Shown one piece after another: positions 1 through 13,322 of a stretch of 64,000 nucleotides of DNA (position 1 is the stretch's first letter; every line of letters starts with the position of its first letter). Made by a program: the position numbers and the translations under genes. This stretch comes from Microthyrium microscopicum (taxonomy: Eukaryota): positions 1,318,722 to 1,382,721 of the forward strand of contig MU004239.1 of NCBI GenBank assembly GCA_010405405.1, given 5' to 3'. Below the pieces are notes generated by a model, which was not told the DNA's origin, made no database searches, and was given only the letters and a program-made list of their open reading frames with translations.

Positions 1-358
1 ACTAATTATAAATATATAAATATTTAGTTTTATATCCTTTATAACTTTATAACTAATAGAGCTATACTAAATCTAAGACTAGATCTAGATTCCTTGAATT
101 TAGAGCTATAAAAAAGTATATTATATAAGTTTAATATCACGTGACTAGTATCTTGGCGAGTACTCTAGTATACTCTAGTATTACTATACTAGACTCGAGT
201 ATTAATTAGTTACTACTAGTACTAACTCGTTCTAAAAAAATTCAATACTAGTACTAGTACTAGACTAGTTAGATTATTTAAAATACTAGACTACTAGTAC
301 TCGAGTACTAGTATACTATACTAGACTAGTTTTAGTACTAACTCGAGTGCCAACACTG
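1..358. mobile_element. Terminal part of a RIP-mutated hAT-like DNA transposon (continues left of the window)
   Basis: Ends in ...ACTCGAGTGCCAACACTG (reverse complement CAGTGTTGGCACTCGAGT, a CAG-starting terminus typical of hAT TIRs). It is preceded by many short subterminal ACTAGT/ACTCGAGT repeats (~143-350), is AT-rich and is depleted in CpA/TpG. Confidence 0.55.
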
Positions 359-1496
359 GAGCAAGGTGAGTTGTGGAGGGAGAGGGCGTTCGATGGCGTT
401 TTTAGCGTGGTTTCTGTAGAAATGCCCCTAGTAGTAAATTACTACTAATCCATTTTTGTAACTACGAACCCTATAATCCTATTTAACTTTATATTATCTT
501 AAATAAGGAATTCTAATACTAAAATAGACATATTTAAAGCTTAAGATATTAAGAATTAGATAATGTAGAATTATATATAGGTATATAAATTAAAGCGCTC
601 TTTTTAATACTAATATTACCTAGTTATTACTAATAATTTTCCTAACTCTACTAGATTTACTATAGGTTAAGAATACTACCTAATTTAACGCTAAATAACT
701 AATATTATAAGTCCTATTACTAATAGAATATTACTATTAGATATCCTATCTTAATATTTTAGGTAGGTTCTAGAATAAGATTATAAGCCTATTTAGGAAG
801 CTATTAATACTAGTCTTTAAGTATTTATTCTAGTAACTTAAGAGTATTCTACTATATAAAATAGGTAGGATTTAACTCTTTGAGTTTACTATAGGATTCA
901 ATTTAGAAAAAGGCATTAGACAGTAGTATTAGATACTAATTCTAAAGGTAAAAAGGTTATAGAATCAGAAGAATAGGCTAAGGCAGAATAAATAGTAGAG
1001 ATATCTCTAACGGGACGAGTATAGGCAAATTTTGTAGTAGAGCGTCCATTATTGCTATAAAGAATGTTATAAATCTATTATCTTCGTCTAAATTAACATT
1101 AGTAGCGTTATTTTTAACATCTTTAATATCTTTAATATTTTTAATATCTCTAGTGTCTTTAGTATCTTTAGTATTAACTTTAGTTATATTAATCTTATCT
1201 TTATTATAATATTCTATACTATCGTTATTAGTAATATTAGATGCGTGTACTTTAGGATTATTATTCTTCTCTTGCCTATTATCCTCTTTAGTAGTAGTAG
1301 CTTTAATAGATTCTAGCTTTACTAAACGCTAGTTTAAAAGGTTTAGTAGTACTAGTAAATCTTTAATACTAATGTTGTGCTTCTCCTCTATAATAATAGT
1401 ATTTAACTAGTTATTTAATCCTATAGCTATAAAGAAGTACCTAATAACTTTAGTATTATAAGTATATATTTAAGTCTATACTTATCCTATAATATG

Positions 1497-1698
1497 TGTT
1501 ACGGATCTGCTACTATTGATCCTATTGTGACATTATTAGCATCCCCTATTACGTGATGTTAAGGGCTTAATGCCTAAGGATTATCTAGTATAGCTTACCT
1601 ATAACTATTCCCTACTCTCTCTCTTAGATTCTTCGTATTAGTTTTCTTAAATTATATCTACTATTAGCTTATACCTTTGCGTCTATAGGTTCCTAATA
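1497..1698 (+). repeat. 5' LTR (202 bp)
   Basis: Aligns without gaps to 8716-8917. The differences inspected are all C/T or G/A transitions. Confidence 0.95.
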
Positions 1699-4399
1699 TA
1701 AAATTAATACCTTATACTATTTAAAAAACAATCCTAATTTTTAGCGTATTAAAATCTAAAGATTTAATACGTCTACTTATATAAATACGAAATCCTATTT
1801 TTAAATCTTAGTAGATCTAACCTACTAGTGTAGTAAATACGCAAATTCTTAACCCTTAACCCTACTAGAAACTTAGACTTTTAACGTCTAATTAAAGGGC
1901 TTAAAGGACTTTAGTTAACTTAGAACTTTTATTTTATTAGACTTATAAGTTAATAATCTTCCTTTACTACTACTATTTCTCTCTACTACTATATTTATAG
2001 TAAGACTTTACTTATCTTGCTATACTATAATAAACCCTAAAGATAAACTATAATAAATTAGACCTTCTACTCTTTTTTCTAAATTACTTATTATACCTTT
2101 ATAATCTATCTATACTTTATCTTAAGACTTCTTAATGCCTACGCTTGCTACTTATACTCGCTCTATATTAAACCCTTGTCTTACTATAAAGAATATTAGT
2201 AAGACTTATAGAACCTATTCTACGTTCTATCTTTATGAGTAATAGCAATTAAGGACTTAGAATATTACTTAGTTTATAATTATGCTACCTTATACTTAAA
2301 TTGATAGTAATAATAATAACGCTATAATAGAACTATCTTATAGCTAAGCTTCGCGCTATAATTTCTTATACTCCTATTGTAGCTCTATAATTAAGGTACC
2401 TTTACTATCTAATATCCTAGAAATTGCTAAGAGTAGCTATATCTATAGCTAATTATAATTCTAAAATAAAGGTAAAAAGAAAGCATCCTTTATTAATTCT
2501 TTAATTACTACTCTTTAATTAGTAGACTAGGCCTAAATTAAAGAGCTACTATTAAACTACTAAATATTTTCTTACCTTATTACCTACTAATTAATTACTT
2601 TAAATAAGAAGAATTAAGTATTCTTAGCATGACTCCTTTATAAAAAAGTTACCTTCTAAGCCTAAGAAACTATTTCTTTAAATGATACTATTAAAAGCGT
2701 CCTTCTAAACCCTATACTTATATATTATACTTAAGGTGACTTATATTCAAAAATTATTAAGACTTATAAAGGATTCCTTTATAGCGTTACTATATTACTA
2801 GAACTTTAGTTTAAATAGCTACGTAGTTATATTAAATTAGCCTAAGTAGCTAATCTCTATATTTAAGAGACTTACGCCTAATTAAATAATATAATAGATG
2901 CTTGCTAATACTATAAGTAAGGTATTAAAGATATAATTAACGAACTTAATAACGCTATAGTTATAGCTAATAAAGTACGCATAAAAGTGGATTAACTTTA
3001 CTAATAACTTAACTGCGTAATTAAAGCTAATCGTAAGGATAATAAACGCGTCCTTTACCTAAAGAATGCCTATAATATAAATTGATAAAAACTTAATAAA
3101 GCACTTAATAATATTAAATGACTACGTATCTCTTATATTAAGAAGCGTAACGAGATTATAGCCCTTTGCCTCTAAAATAAAGATCTTAAGAACTAGCTTA
3201 ATTAGTTCGTATATAAATCTAAAAAGAATACTTACTAACTTAACTCTAACGACGAGTAAGTAATACCTCCTCCTTATTAATAAGTACCTTATATTTAAAC
3301 TAATAGCCTAACCCTAATGGTATCTAAATCCTTAACTAGTAATAAAAGTAAGAAACGTGAATAGAATGATCTAAGTAAATACTCTAGTCGTAACCCTAAA
3401 TAATATTTTGCGTAAAAGCTTTGCGTTAAAGATTATCTTTATAATAAGTAAGCCTCTTTCCTTATAAAACTAAACGCTGCTATTTAGATACGTGGTAAGA
3501 CTCTTAATATTACTTTTAAGTTCGTTAAGGACTACGCGTAATATGAATTATTGAACCTATACTCTAATATAATAGAGTTTTGAAAGGACTTAAATTGATA
3601 TACTTAAAAGTATAATACTTGTAAAGATGCTATTACCTAATTATAAAATTCCTTAAACTGAATAAAAAAGACTAAGAAGCTTGCTCTATATATTGTTAAG
3701 TTTAATAGTAAAATTACTAACGCTGGCCTTATAAAAGTAAATAAGGTTACTTATCTTAAATATATAATTGTTAAAGAAATTATATAATACCTATTCCTTT
3801 TTAAAGCTACTACTATTACTAAATATATTAATGAGTTATAAGTTATTAACTAAAACCTTAAATGCAAAACTAATGATAGGAATAAGCTATTTAGTAATTG
3901 GAATAATAATAATAGTAACTAGACTAATAACTAAATTAACTGCGTGCTACGCTGTAAAGTTACCCTATACTAATGTTTAATATAAGACTATCGCTATATC
4001 TGATACGGCGAACGAGGTTATAACTATAAAGATAAGAACTTAAAGTATAAGGGTAAGCTAGCCCTCTCTAATTCTGATATCTCTACCAAACTTACTAATA
4101 TTTGTCTATAGTAAGATAATACTTAACTATAAAATCTAACTCTATAGTATAATTACTTATTAATATATAACGATTATTACTACTAAAACTAGGGAAACTA
4201 AACGCTTCTCTGTAACGCTATATAAAGAAGCTAAATAAAATAGAAGCGCATAATAAATAATAGAAATGTTAAATAGAGGCTATTATTAGTTACCTAAGTG
4301 ACTCTAAAACTAAAAGTAACTTAATAGGCATAGCCGTTATGTGCGTATTAATAACTTATGTTCCTATTAACTGATTACTAAAATACTTTATTCTAAAGA

Positions 4400-7300
4400 T
4401 AGGCTAATAGTAGAGTACTACTAATAATATCCTTATTAATAATAACGCGTATGCTAAAATAAAAGTCCTAATCAATATAGGTAGCAATGCTTTTGGCATT
4501 GTTAATCCTTATTACCTCTAAATCTATAATATTCCGTTAATAGAGATAACTTAACTTTACTGCACTAAAATAACTAATAGCTACGCTATAGCAAAGATAA
4601 CCTATATAGTAGCTATTATATTACGTATTAGCATCTATCTTAAATAGATCCTTTACTTTATAATAGAAGTTGCTAACTATAATATAATCTTTAGTGACCC
4701 TTAGGTTAATAAATATAAAGTTACGCTCTAAAAAGGCTAACGTATATTAGGCTTCTACTTAAAGTATTATATAAAATACTATATAGCCTCCTACTACCTA
4801 ATTACTATTAACTATAAAAGATGAGTAGTTATAAATAAATAATAAGAAGGAACCCCTAATATCTATATAGTATTACTACGAGTCTTTATAGCTATAATAT
4901 AATACGAGGAATATAAATTTACTATACTCTACTAAGAAGACTTTAACGCCTTAAAAAAGAAAGAAGACCCTAACCCTATTTCTTAGCAGAACGTTGCTAA
5001 TATTACTATAATCTCTACTAAAGACTATACTAAATAATGTAAAAAGCTTAACTACGACCTACTAACGCAAGAGAAATTACTAAAGTTAATACTACTAAAA
5101 TTTTACTACTACGTCTCCTTATTTAACTCTTGCTAAGCTAACAAACTACTACTATACTAATTAAGTTTTAACTATACTATTACTACTAACCTAAATATAA
5201 AAACACTTGTATATAAATCTTATGACATATCTTACTAATAGGTATAGGTCATTAAGGAATATATTAAAAATATACTTAAAAAAAGCTTTATTTAACTAAG
5301 CACCTCCTATTATACTATACCTATATTATATATTAGCAAATTAAACAATAATATTCGTGTCTACGTTAACTACTACAGACTTAATAAGATTATACTAACT
5401 AACTAAAATGTACCCCTACTCTTAATAAAAATATTAATAAAGATCTATAAAGTAAAATTCTTTTTATAATTTAATGTTATTACTACCTTTAATAACATTC
5501 AAATTCGTAAAAGAGATAAGTATAAAACTGCGTTCTTAATACGCTACGGACTCTTTAAAATCTTAGTAATACTATTTAGTATAATAGGATTACTAGAAAG
5601 TTTTTAATCTTATATTAATAACGCTATACGTAAATATTTTAACGACTTTATTATAATCTACCTTAATAATATTCTTATTTAGAGTAAGACTAAAAAGAAG
5701 CATATTACCTACGTTTACCTAATCCTTAATAAGCTTAAAAAAGCTAGACTCTACCTTAATATTTCTAAATCTAAGTTTATAACCTAATTAGTTAAATATC
5801 TTAGTATTATTATTATACCTAATAGAATCTAAATAGATAAAAAAAAGGTTAATACTATACTTAACTAGTACTACCCTACCTTTTTAAAAGACGTCTAGAT
5901 ATTCCTTAGCTTTATAAACTTCTATCGCTATTTTATTAAAGGATACTTAAAAATTATTATACTACTTACTATACTAACTAAAAAAAACGCTCCCTTATAC
6001 TTCTCTTAAAGTAAAACTAAACCTAAAAAATAAGCGTTTAACGCCTTAAAGAAGGCCTTTACTACCGCCCTAATCCTCTATTACTTTAACCCTAACGCTA
6101 AGACTTAAGTTAAGACTAACGCCTTAGATTAAATAGTAGTAGCTATCCTTTTATAAAAAGGCATAGATAGTAAGCTTTGCCTAATAACTTTCCTCTCTAA
6201 AAAGATAACTTTAATAAAATATAATTATAATATCTATAATAAAGAGCTCCTTACGATTATATAGGTATTTAAGAAATAAAAACCTAAATTATTTTTAACC
6301 TTTAACTCTATATAAGTTTTTATTAACTATCTTAACTTATGTACTTTTATATTAATTAAAAAGCTATCCTACTATTAAGCTTAATAAATAGAGTTCCTCT
6401 CCTAATTCTAGTTTAAAATCAAATATTGTAACGATCCTTCTAACGTAAAAGTAGATACGCTAACTTAAAAATTATAGGATCTTCTAAAATCTAATAACGA
6501 TCTATAAATTACTCAACAAATACAACTAATCCTTTCTCCTTATAACTTTAATACCTACTATAAGATATTTTACTCTTACGACACTTAATATACTATTAAG
6601 ATTGCTATCCTCCTTATTAATAGCAAACGACCTATAATAATTAAACTTACTACAATTATTACTAATAAAATTAACGCGCTAACTATAAAAGGTAAGCTAA
6701 TTAATTAACTAACTATAGAGGATTCTACCCTAATCCTAAGTAAGCTAATTAATTACCCTAAGATAGATAGCGCGCTAGCTAACCTAAAGACATTATAGAA
6801 AGATATTATTAAGGCTAGTTAATTAAATAAGCTCGTCTAAGTAATTTATAACTCTAAAGTAGCATAATTGCATTGCTTACTATATAGTACTCTAAAGAAG
6901 GATTTAATTAAACTTAAAAACTACTAAATACTTACTAATAGCACTATTTAATATAGATAATAACTCCTTGTTCTTCTTACGAAATATCTCTAATATTGTG
7001 CTATTATATATGCGTATAATTATAAGATTATAAGTTATAGTAATATAGCTTCTATATACTAGTGCCTCTACTAATTTTACTTCTAACCTTATATAGCTAA
7101 GGACGTAAAGCACTATATTAAAATATATAAGTACGCGTTCTCTAAACTAATTAAGCAAAAGAAGTAGAGTCTCCTTTACTCGTTTTTACCGCCTAACTAC
7201 GCTTAATTTAATATTTCTATTAACTTTACAATTACCTTACTACCCTATATTTACCTTAGGACTATCTATTGCTACGTTATAATTATTATAAATAAGCTAA

Positions 7301-8365
7301 TACATACCTAATAATTTATTTCTCTTCCTAACCTAAGTATATAAATAATAGTTCTTACGTTCCTTAACTAAATATAAAAGTATATAGAATAGCTTAACTT
7401 TATCCTCTCTAACTATAGTTTATAATTTATATCTATATTTTAACAACGTCTCTATAAGCGTGTTAATATTATTATCTACCTAATTACTACTTAATACTCG
7501 TAAGGTAATAACATTATAAAAATATTAATTATAGTACTAAAAGCTTACCTTAGATGCTTTATTAATTAATAATAAAATAACTAAATAGAACTGCTACTAT
7601 TTGCTAAATTTAAAGCTAACTATGCTATCTACACCTCTACTAAAATAAGTCCTTTCTACGTACTTAATAGTTATTTTCCCTAATTAGGATTAGAATTAAT
7701 GCCTCTAAAAGCCTTCTTAAGAACTAAGCTAACCTAAACTAAATAATAGCTTACTAACTAGTATCTCTATACCTATACTAACCTCTATAAATACCTCTAT
7801 AAATAGATTTTATAGTTTACTACTCTTATAGAAGAGTAAGCTAATAAGACTTGCTAACTAGTACTAGACCTTAAACTAAGCAATTAGGTACGACTTAATG
7901 CCTACTATTATAAATCTCTCTAACTATTAAAGTCCCTTAATAATAAATCTACTAGACCTTTTAAAATTATTAAAAAGATTAATACCCTTACCTATAAACT
8001 AAAATTACTAAAGAAGATAAAAATCTACTTGATTTTCTACGCTTAGCTACTCTACCCTATTCTTAAATATGCTATAGTGCTCTAAGAACCTAATAACCCC
8101 TCCTTAATTGTAAATATAGATAATAATATAAAATAAGAGTAAGTAGTTAACCGTATTATTAATAGCAAAATAGATATTATAAAGGGCTTTAGTAAAAAGA
8201 AAGTTCTATAATATAAAGTTTAGTTTACAAAATAGGATAACTAGAATCGCGACCCTAACTAGTAACTATAGTTAAATCTTAACTCTTGCTTAAAGCTAGT
8301 TACTAAATATTACGATTAGAATCTTAATAAACCTAAACTATATCCTATATTTGTAGACTCTTAAA
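4400..8365 (+). pseudogene. pol: RIP-destroyed pol (PR-RT-RNaseH-IN-chromodomain); boundaries approximate
   Basis: Recognisable catalytic motifs with GAT>AAT, TGG>TAG/TAA and CAA>TAA changes. No long ORF remains. Confidence 0.85.
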
Positions 8366-8701
8366 AGAAAAAGGAGGAGGAATATGATTTAGACGGAATT
8401 TCTTTAGAATAATAAAAGAATACTACTACGCGTGCCTTAATACTTAATCTATAAATTAAAGTATTCTAAAGATATCTTAAGGTTCGTTAATACCTCTTAA
8501 TAGTTACTTTAGTAGGCTAGAGGGCGACATAAGGAATAGGCACGTATAGCAATTATATATAAAGGAAGGTTATTATCTTTACTTTTATTATATTTTATAT
8601 TTTATATTTTATATCCTAAAAAGCGTTAGAATTATAAGACTATATGACTTAATTATAGATTTTATTCTTTTATAAGTTTTTAGCTTAGAAACGCTAATCT
8701 T

Positions 8702-8715
8702 AAAAGAGGAAGTAT
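8702..8715 (+). other. Polypurine tract upstream of the 3' LTR
   Basis: AAAAGAGGAAGTAT immediately precedes the 3' LTR start at 8716. Confidence 0.75.
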
Positions 8716-8917
8716 TATTATAAATCTGCTACTATTAATCTTATTATAATATTATTAGTATCCCCTATTACGTAATGCTAAGAACTTAGCGCCTAAGGAT
8801 TATTTAATATAGCTTACCTATAACTGTTTCCTACTCTCTCTCTTAGATTCTTTATATTAGTTTTCTTGAATTATATCTACCGTTAGCTTACATCCTTACG
8901 CTTATAGGTCCCTAACA
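8716..8917 (+). repeat. 3' LTR (202 bp)
   Basis: Copy of 1497-1698 ending in TAACA and followed by the TSD ATATG. Confidence 0.95.
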
Positions 8918-11170
8918 ATATGCGTTATAAATACGTAATATTAAGATATTATCTATTTAAGAGGCTCTATAGATTTTATATTAAGAAAGTCTTTAAAGCG
9001 TTCCTATTAGTAGAATATAGGGGCCTATATATCTTATAGTTCTTTAACTATTTATTTAAAGGGCTTATTTATGCTAACATTAAGTAGTTAGATTTTAGAT
9101 ATATAACTAGGAGGGATAATAGTAATAATAATATTATTATCTTTATAGATTTACTTAATAGAGTCTATTTTATAAGTAAAGAAGGCGTCTATAATAAGAA
9201 TAGAAGGGTTAGAAATAGGTATTATAGATATAGTAGATATTAAAGAGGTATAAGATATTAAAGATGTCGTAATAAAGCTAGAATTTAGTAAAGATATTAT
9301 TAAATTAAGCTCTAGATCCTATAGTTAGTACTAAAATATTTCTATTTTAGGAAGATATAAGAGAAGAATTACCTAAGATAGAAGGCTATAAAATATCTTT
9401 AGAGCTATTAGGATCGCTAAGACTTTTAGAATACCCTTCTAGGGCTATATCTATTTCTTTTAAATATATCTCCTTTAACTATTACTATATTAACTTATTA
9501 TTATTCTATGTTATTTTATTATACTTTATAAAAACGTTATTATAGTAGTATAGACCTTCTTTCTTATTAATATAATCCTTCTTCTTATTCTTAGTTCTAT
9601 AGAATATAATTAGTAATAGAATTTAAAGGATACTATTAGTAATAATTACTAGAATTATTATTATTTAATGCTTTTTATTTTTATCTTTATAAGTATAAAT
9701 AGCAATAGTCCTAGAGCTTATATTTACTAAAGTATAACTACTAAAGTTATAAAAAGGCATTAGTGTCTTATCTATATTAACTATTTAATAGGGCTATATT
9801 ATTATATCTAGTTCTTAGTCTAAGATACTATTAATATTTCTTTTTTTACTACTAGTAGGTCTAATAGCTCTATAGGTAGTAAGCCTTATATAAGTAATAA
9901 AGTCCTAGTATATATTTACTTATAATTTTAGTAACTATTAAGTAAGATGAGTAGCCTTCCTTTAACTAATTCTTTAATATAATAAGAATCTTTAAAGCTA
10001 ACTCTTTGTTAATTTATAATCTTTTAGAAACTTACTATAAGTAATCTTAGTAGTATAAATATATTACTATATATTATTTATATACTAAAGTAATTAATAA
10101 GTACTAATAGACTTCTTCTTTTCTCTTTACTTATAATACTAGATATAAATTATATCTTTAAGCTTTAGATAATCCTTAAGGTACTTTAAAGGGTTAATAA
10201 TATAGTAATATTAATTCTTAGTAATTTATAAAGCTACTTGCTAATTCTACTATCTTAATACTATTAAATAAGATTCCTTAAAGTATTCTATAGTATTACT
10301 AGCTCTAGTAAGATATTACTAGCGATAAGTATTAGGACATTTACTCTACTTTATGCCTTTAAGTAGTATATACTACTATTTACCTTTCTTAAGTAGAATA
10401 TATTGTTATATTATCTACCCTATTACCTCTAGTTAGCGTTCTATAGAAGAATAATTCTAAGACTTTATTTTAGCCTATTTAGTACGCTGTTTTCTTAATA
10501 AAAGTAATTTATACTTCCTAGTATATAATTTAGCCCTAGAAGGTTAACTAAAGGTTAATTCTATAATATTTAGGTCTAATTTAGCAAAAGGCTAATAATT
10601 TTAGCGTACTTCCTTTAGCGCCTTTAGTATAGTAATAGTTAAATTCCTAGTATTTAATTAGTTTAGAGTTAAAAGAATTAGATTTTAAGGATATTAATTA
10701 GTATAAAGAATAATATAGAATTCTACTATAAAATCTATATATAAATATCTCTTTATAGCTTTAGCCTAATTATAAAATCTACTCTTACTATTAAAATAAT
10801 AATATCCTACTTAAAGGAGTTTAGATTAGCTTTAAAAATAATAAAATAGCTTACTTAGTAATAACATCTAGATACTAAAGGGGTATTAAAAACGGATACT
10901 ACCTATTTTACTAGCCCTATATTTTTGACGCTCCTTATAACGCTACCTAAAATCGTAGGGCTCGAATGGCCTTCACCTTGCTTAACTTACCGTTTTCTTA
11001 CGGTAAGTATGGATGATTTCAAGCAACCATCTTTTGTGAGCATTATCTTTTTTTACTCTTTGCTTTCTTTAGGATAACCAGAACTGGCTTCTTGCGTATA
11101 ATTATCTTCCACCACACTCGTTACCGATTACTGCACTTCAAACCTGTCATCCTCATTCAATTCAGCCATC

Positions 11171-11851
11171 ATGCAACTCCCTTTCATCGCCCTTTTCGCC
11201 ATTACAGCGGCTGCCCTTCCACAAGCCGCCACTGGAACCTCTGGAACAACAGAAAGCGTTAACAGAGATGCGTCCTCACCCCTTCCATGGACCGTTCATG
11301 TACAAAGCGGAACAACCACATTCCAAACCGGCGATGCTGATGTGACATCCCTCACCAATCTCTTCGCCTGTGGTGATTTCGGATGCGATGCTGGAACACC
11401 TGCTACATTCACAGCGAACATGACCGGCACCACTGGTGTTGCTGTAAAGTCTCCTGGACAATTCATCCTGACAGGCAACTTCCCCAGTGCTGAGGTCAAG
11501 AACGCTCTTATCGGAGCAATTCAAATTGCCTTCGCGAACACGTACAAGTGCCAGTCCGACAATGCTATTCTCAAATGCATCGGTAACAAGCGTGCGGTTG
11601 GTCCCATCACTGAGTCCTGCGTACATGGCTATATCCAACAATGTACTGGCATCGACTACTTCACTGCAGCTGCGTATATACCAGGTACCACTGAGATGAG
11701 TGGTTCGATGACGATATCTGGCTCTTCCGCTCCTCCTACCGACTCTTTCGACTGCGGCGATGCTGCCGCAGCAGTCTCTGCTGTTGGTGCTTTTAATCCG
11801 ATAATTGGTGGTATTGGTGCTATTGCGGCCTTCTTCTGTGGTTTGGCTTAG
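11171..11851 (+). CDS. Small secreted cysteine-rich protein (226 aa, 8 Cys), candidate effector
   Basis: Intronless ORF with a good start context (GCCATCATG), signal peptide MQLPFIALFAITAAA, 8 Cys, an internal KR site and a hydrophobic Cys-bracketed C-terminus. Confidence 0.9.
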   Translation: MQLPFIALFAITAAALPQAATGTSGTTESVNRDASSPLPWTVHVQSGTTTFQTGDADVTSLTNLFACGDFGCDAGTPATFTANMTGTTGVAVKSPGQFILTGNFPSAEVKNALIGAIQIAFANTYKCQSDNAILKCIGNKRAVGPITESCVHGYIQQCTGIDYFTAAAYIPGTTEMSGSMTISGSSAPPTDSFDCGDAAAAVSAVGAFNPIIGGIGAIAAFFCGLA

Positions 11852-13322
11852 TTGGCACAGATTAGTTCATATTAGTCAGATTGTTCTGGGACTATTCTCT
11901 TCTTTCATCAGCTTTTCGGGTCGCTGAGCATCTTGTTGTTAGATCCCGGATATATAGTTTTGAATAATAAGGTGTTGCAACATTAGTCTAACAGTCCTCG
12001 ACTAATAAGTAATGAAGTTACCTTGCCGGTATCAGGCAGTCGTGAGTAAGTCAGCTCAGGCGCCAAACAGTATGCCAAAACACATGGCGTACTTCCCCCT
12101 CTTTTGACTAGCAGGTGTTGTAATTGCCATTACATTCAATAAGACGACACATTTGGGATGCATTGGTAGATAAAGCGCTTGATGTCAAAGCTTGATGGAC
12201 AGTAGAAACCGTAGTGGATGCGAGCTCTTGCTATTGATTCTACCACGCCGTTGAGTGCGACGAATCTTAATTCTGGAATCATCAGCACTATCATGGGTTG
12301 CGGCTGTCCGAACTTTCCGAGTAGGAGCTCAGCATGAAAACTTCCAGATCGCAAAGTTCACTGCCTCTCTTGAAAGACACTTTAGTGTGATGTTTTGCTT
12401 TAATGTCGATCTTGCTTGTAAGCGACCGTTCTCGCGACCACCATTATATATCGTACTGAAGTCACCATATCGGCTCATATCGGCTACTTTGACCGCTCGT
12501 TAAAGTGAATCCTTTGAAGATATTGTAGTTGGACAGCTAATTTCCTCAGATTGAAGTGACTGTTCTACTCAAGTGGCTTTCTATGCTTAGATGGTCGACT
12601 ACCAGGCCACTGGATCGAGGGATGTGTCGTTTACACTTCAGGAAACGAAGTCTGAGGAAAGCGGGATGTTGTTACTTTGGGTACAAAGATTTGTGACTTG
12701 CGGTACGGTTAAGTCAAATCAAGTGGCAATTCGTATGCTTTATCAAAGAGTTTGGTACCGTGACTATGTGATGGATCAAGAATATATCTAATCTGAAAGT
12801 TGCAACATGATAATCTCCATGATTGGAGCGCTTACGCAGGGGCTGACGTGTGGGCTCGAGGGTTAAGATTTACTGCTTCGTCGTTTGTGGTTCCAGCTTC
12901 GTTGGTCATTGAAGCCCTTCCCAAGCGCTCATGCAGGGCATATTGGGTATATATTGCCATCCATGACACTGGAAGCAAGGTCTACACACAATTGAGGTAC
13001 AACATTCACCTATAGGCGTTCGAACTGTGAACAGTGTCTCCATAAATTGGACAATTGCGAATCGGAATATCCGAATTTTTAATCGATCTTCAAGCATATA
13101 TATTACTTCAGAGCATTAAGCTTGAAATATATAGTTCAGTGGCCAATGCGGCTATTAGCAGACCCGAATAACTGTTCAGTCCGCAATACCTCATGATCAA
13201 GACAATGGGAAGTTAGTTCTTATATAGCTCGTGTCCTAGTTATTTGTCTGTAGCGTTTTTCACTACGCCTTACCTTACACACTCATTTTGTGATTCGATT
13301 GACTGTGACTCTCGTTTTCAAT

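Larger units (their letters stand above)
1497..8917 (+). mobile_element. Full-length Ty3/Gypsy (chromovirus) LTR retrotransposon, inactivated by RIP
   Basis: Paired 202-bp LTRs (TGTTA...TAACA) and a 5-bp TSD ATATG at 1492-1496 and 8918-8922. RIP-decodable motifs occur in Gypsy order: protease LI(D)TGS ~4468, RT IRV.V(D)Y ~5352 and YL(DD)ILI 5659-5679, RNase H T(D)ASD ~6115 and Y(D)KELL ~6235, integrase ~7200-7700, chromodomain-like ~8130-8330. Confidence 0.95.
359..10983 (-). mobile_element. RIP-degraded TIR DNA transposon (possibly Mutator-like), interrupted by the Gypsy element
   Basis: GAGCAAGGTGA at 359-369 pairs with TCACCTTGCTT at 10973-10983 (one C>T difference), with weaker subterminal similarity beyond. 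AT-rich sequence continues on both sides of the Gypsy TSD, and composition switches sharply to normal GC near 10960. The superfamily is not confirmed. Confidence 0.5.

Noticed and set aside
143..350. Dense ACTAGT/CTCGAG repeats resembling an array
   Set aside because: Irregular spacing with no spacer structure. Better explained as transposon subterminal repeats, not CRISPR.
3768..3980. 70-aa ORF, and likewise 6904-7113
   Set aside because: Chance AT-rich frames inside the RIPped Gypsy element.
10100..10260. Possible CxxH (CIWH) and GIGKWL transposase motifs on the minus strand after mental de-RIPing
   Set aside because: The two candidate motifs lie in different frames and the decoding is ambiguous, so they were not used to assign the superfamily.
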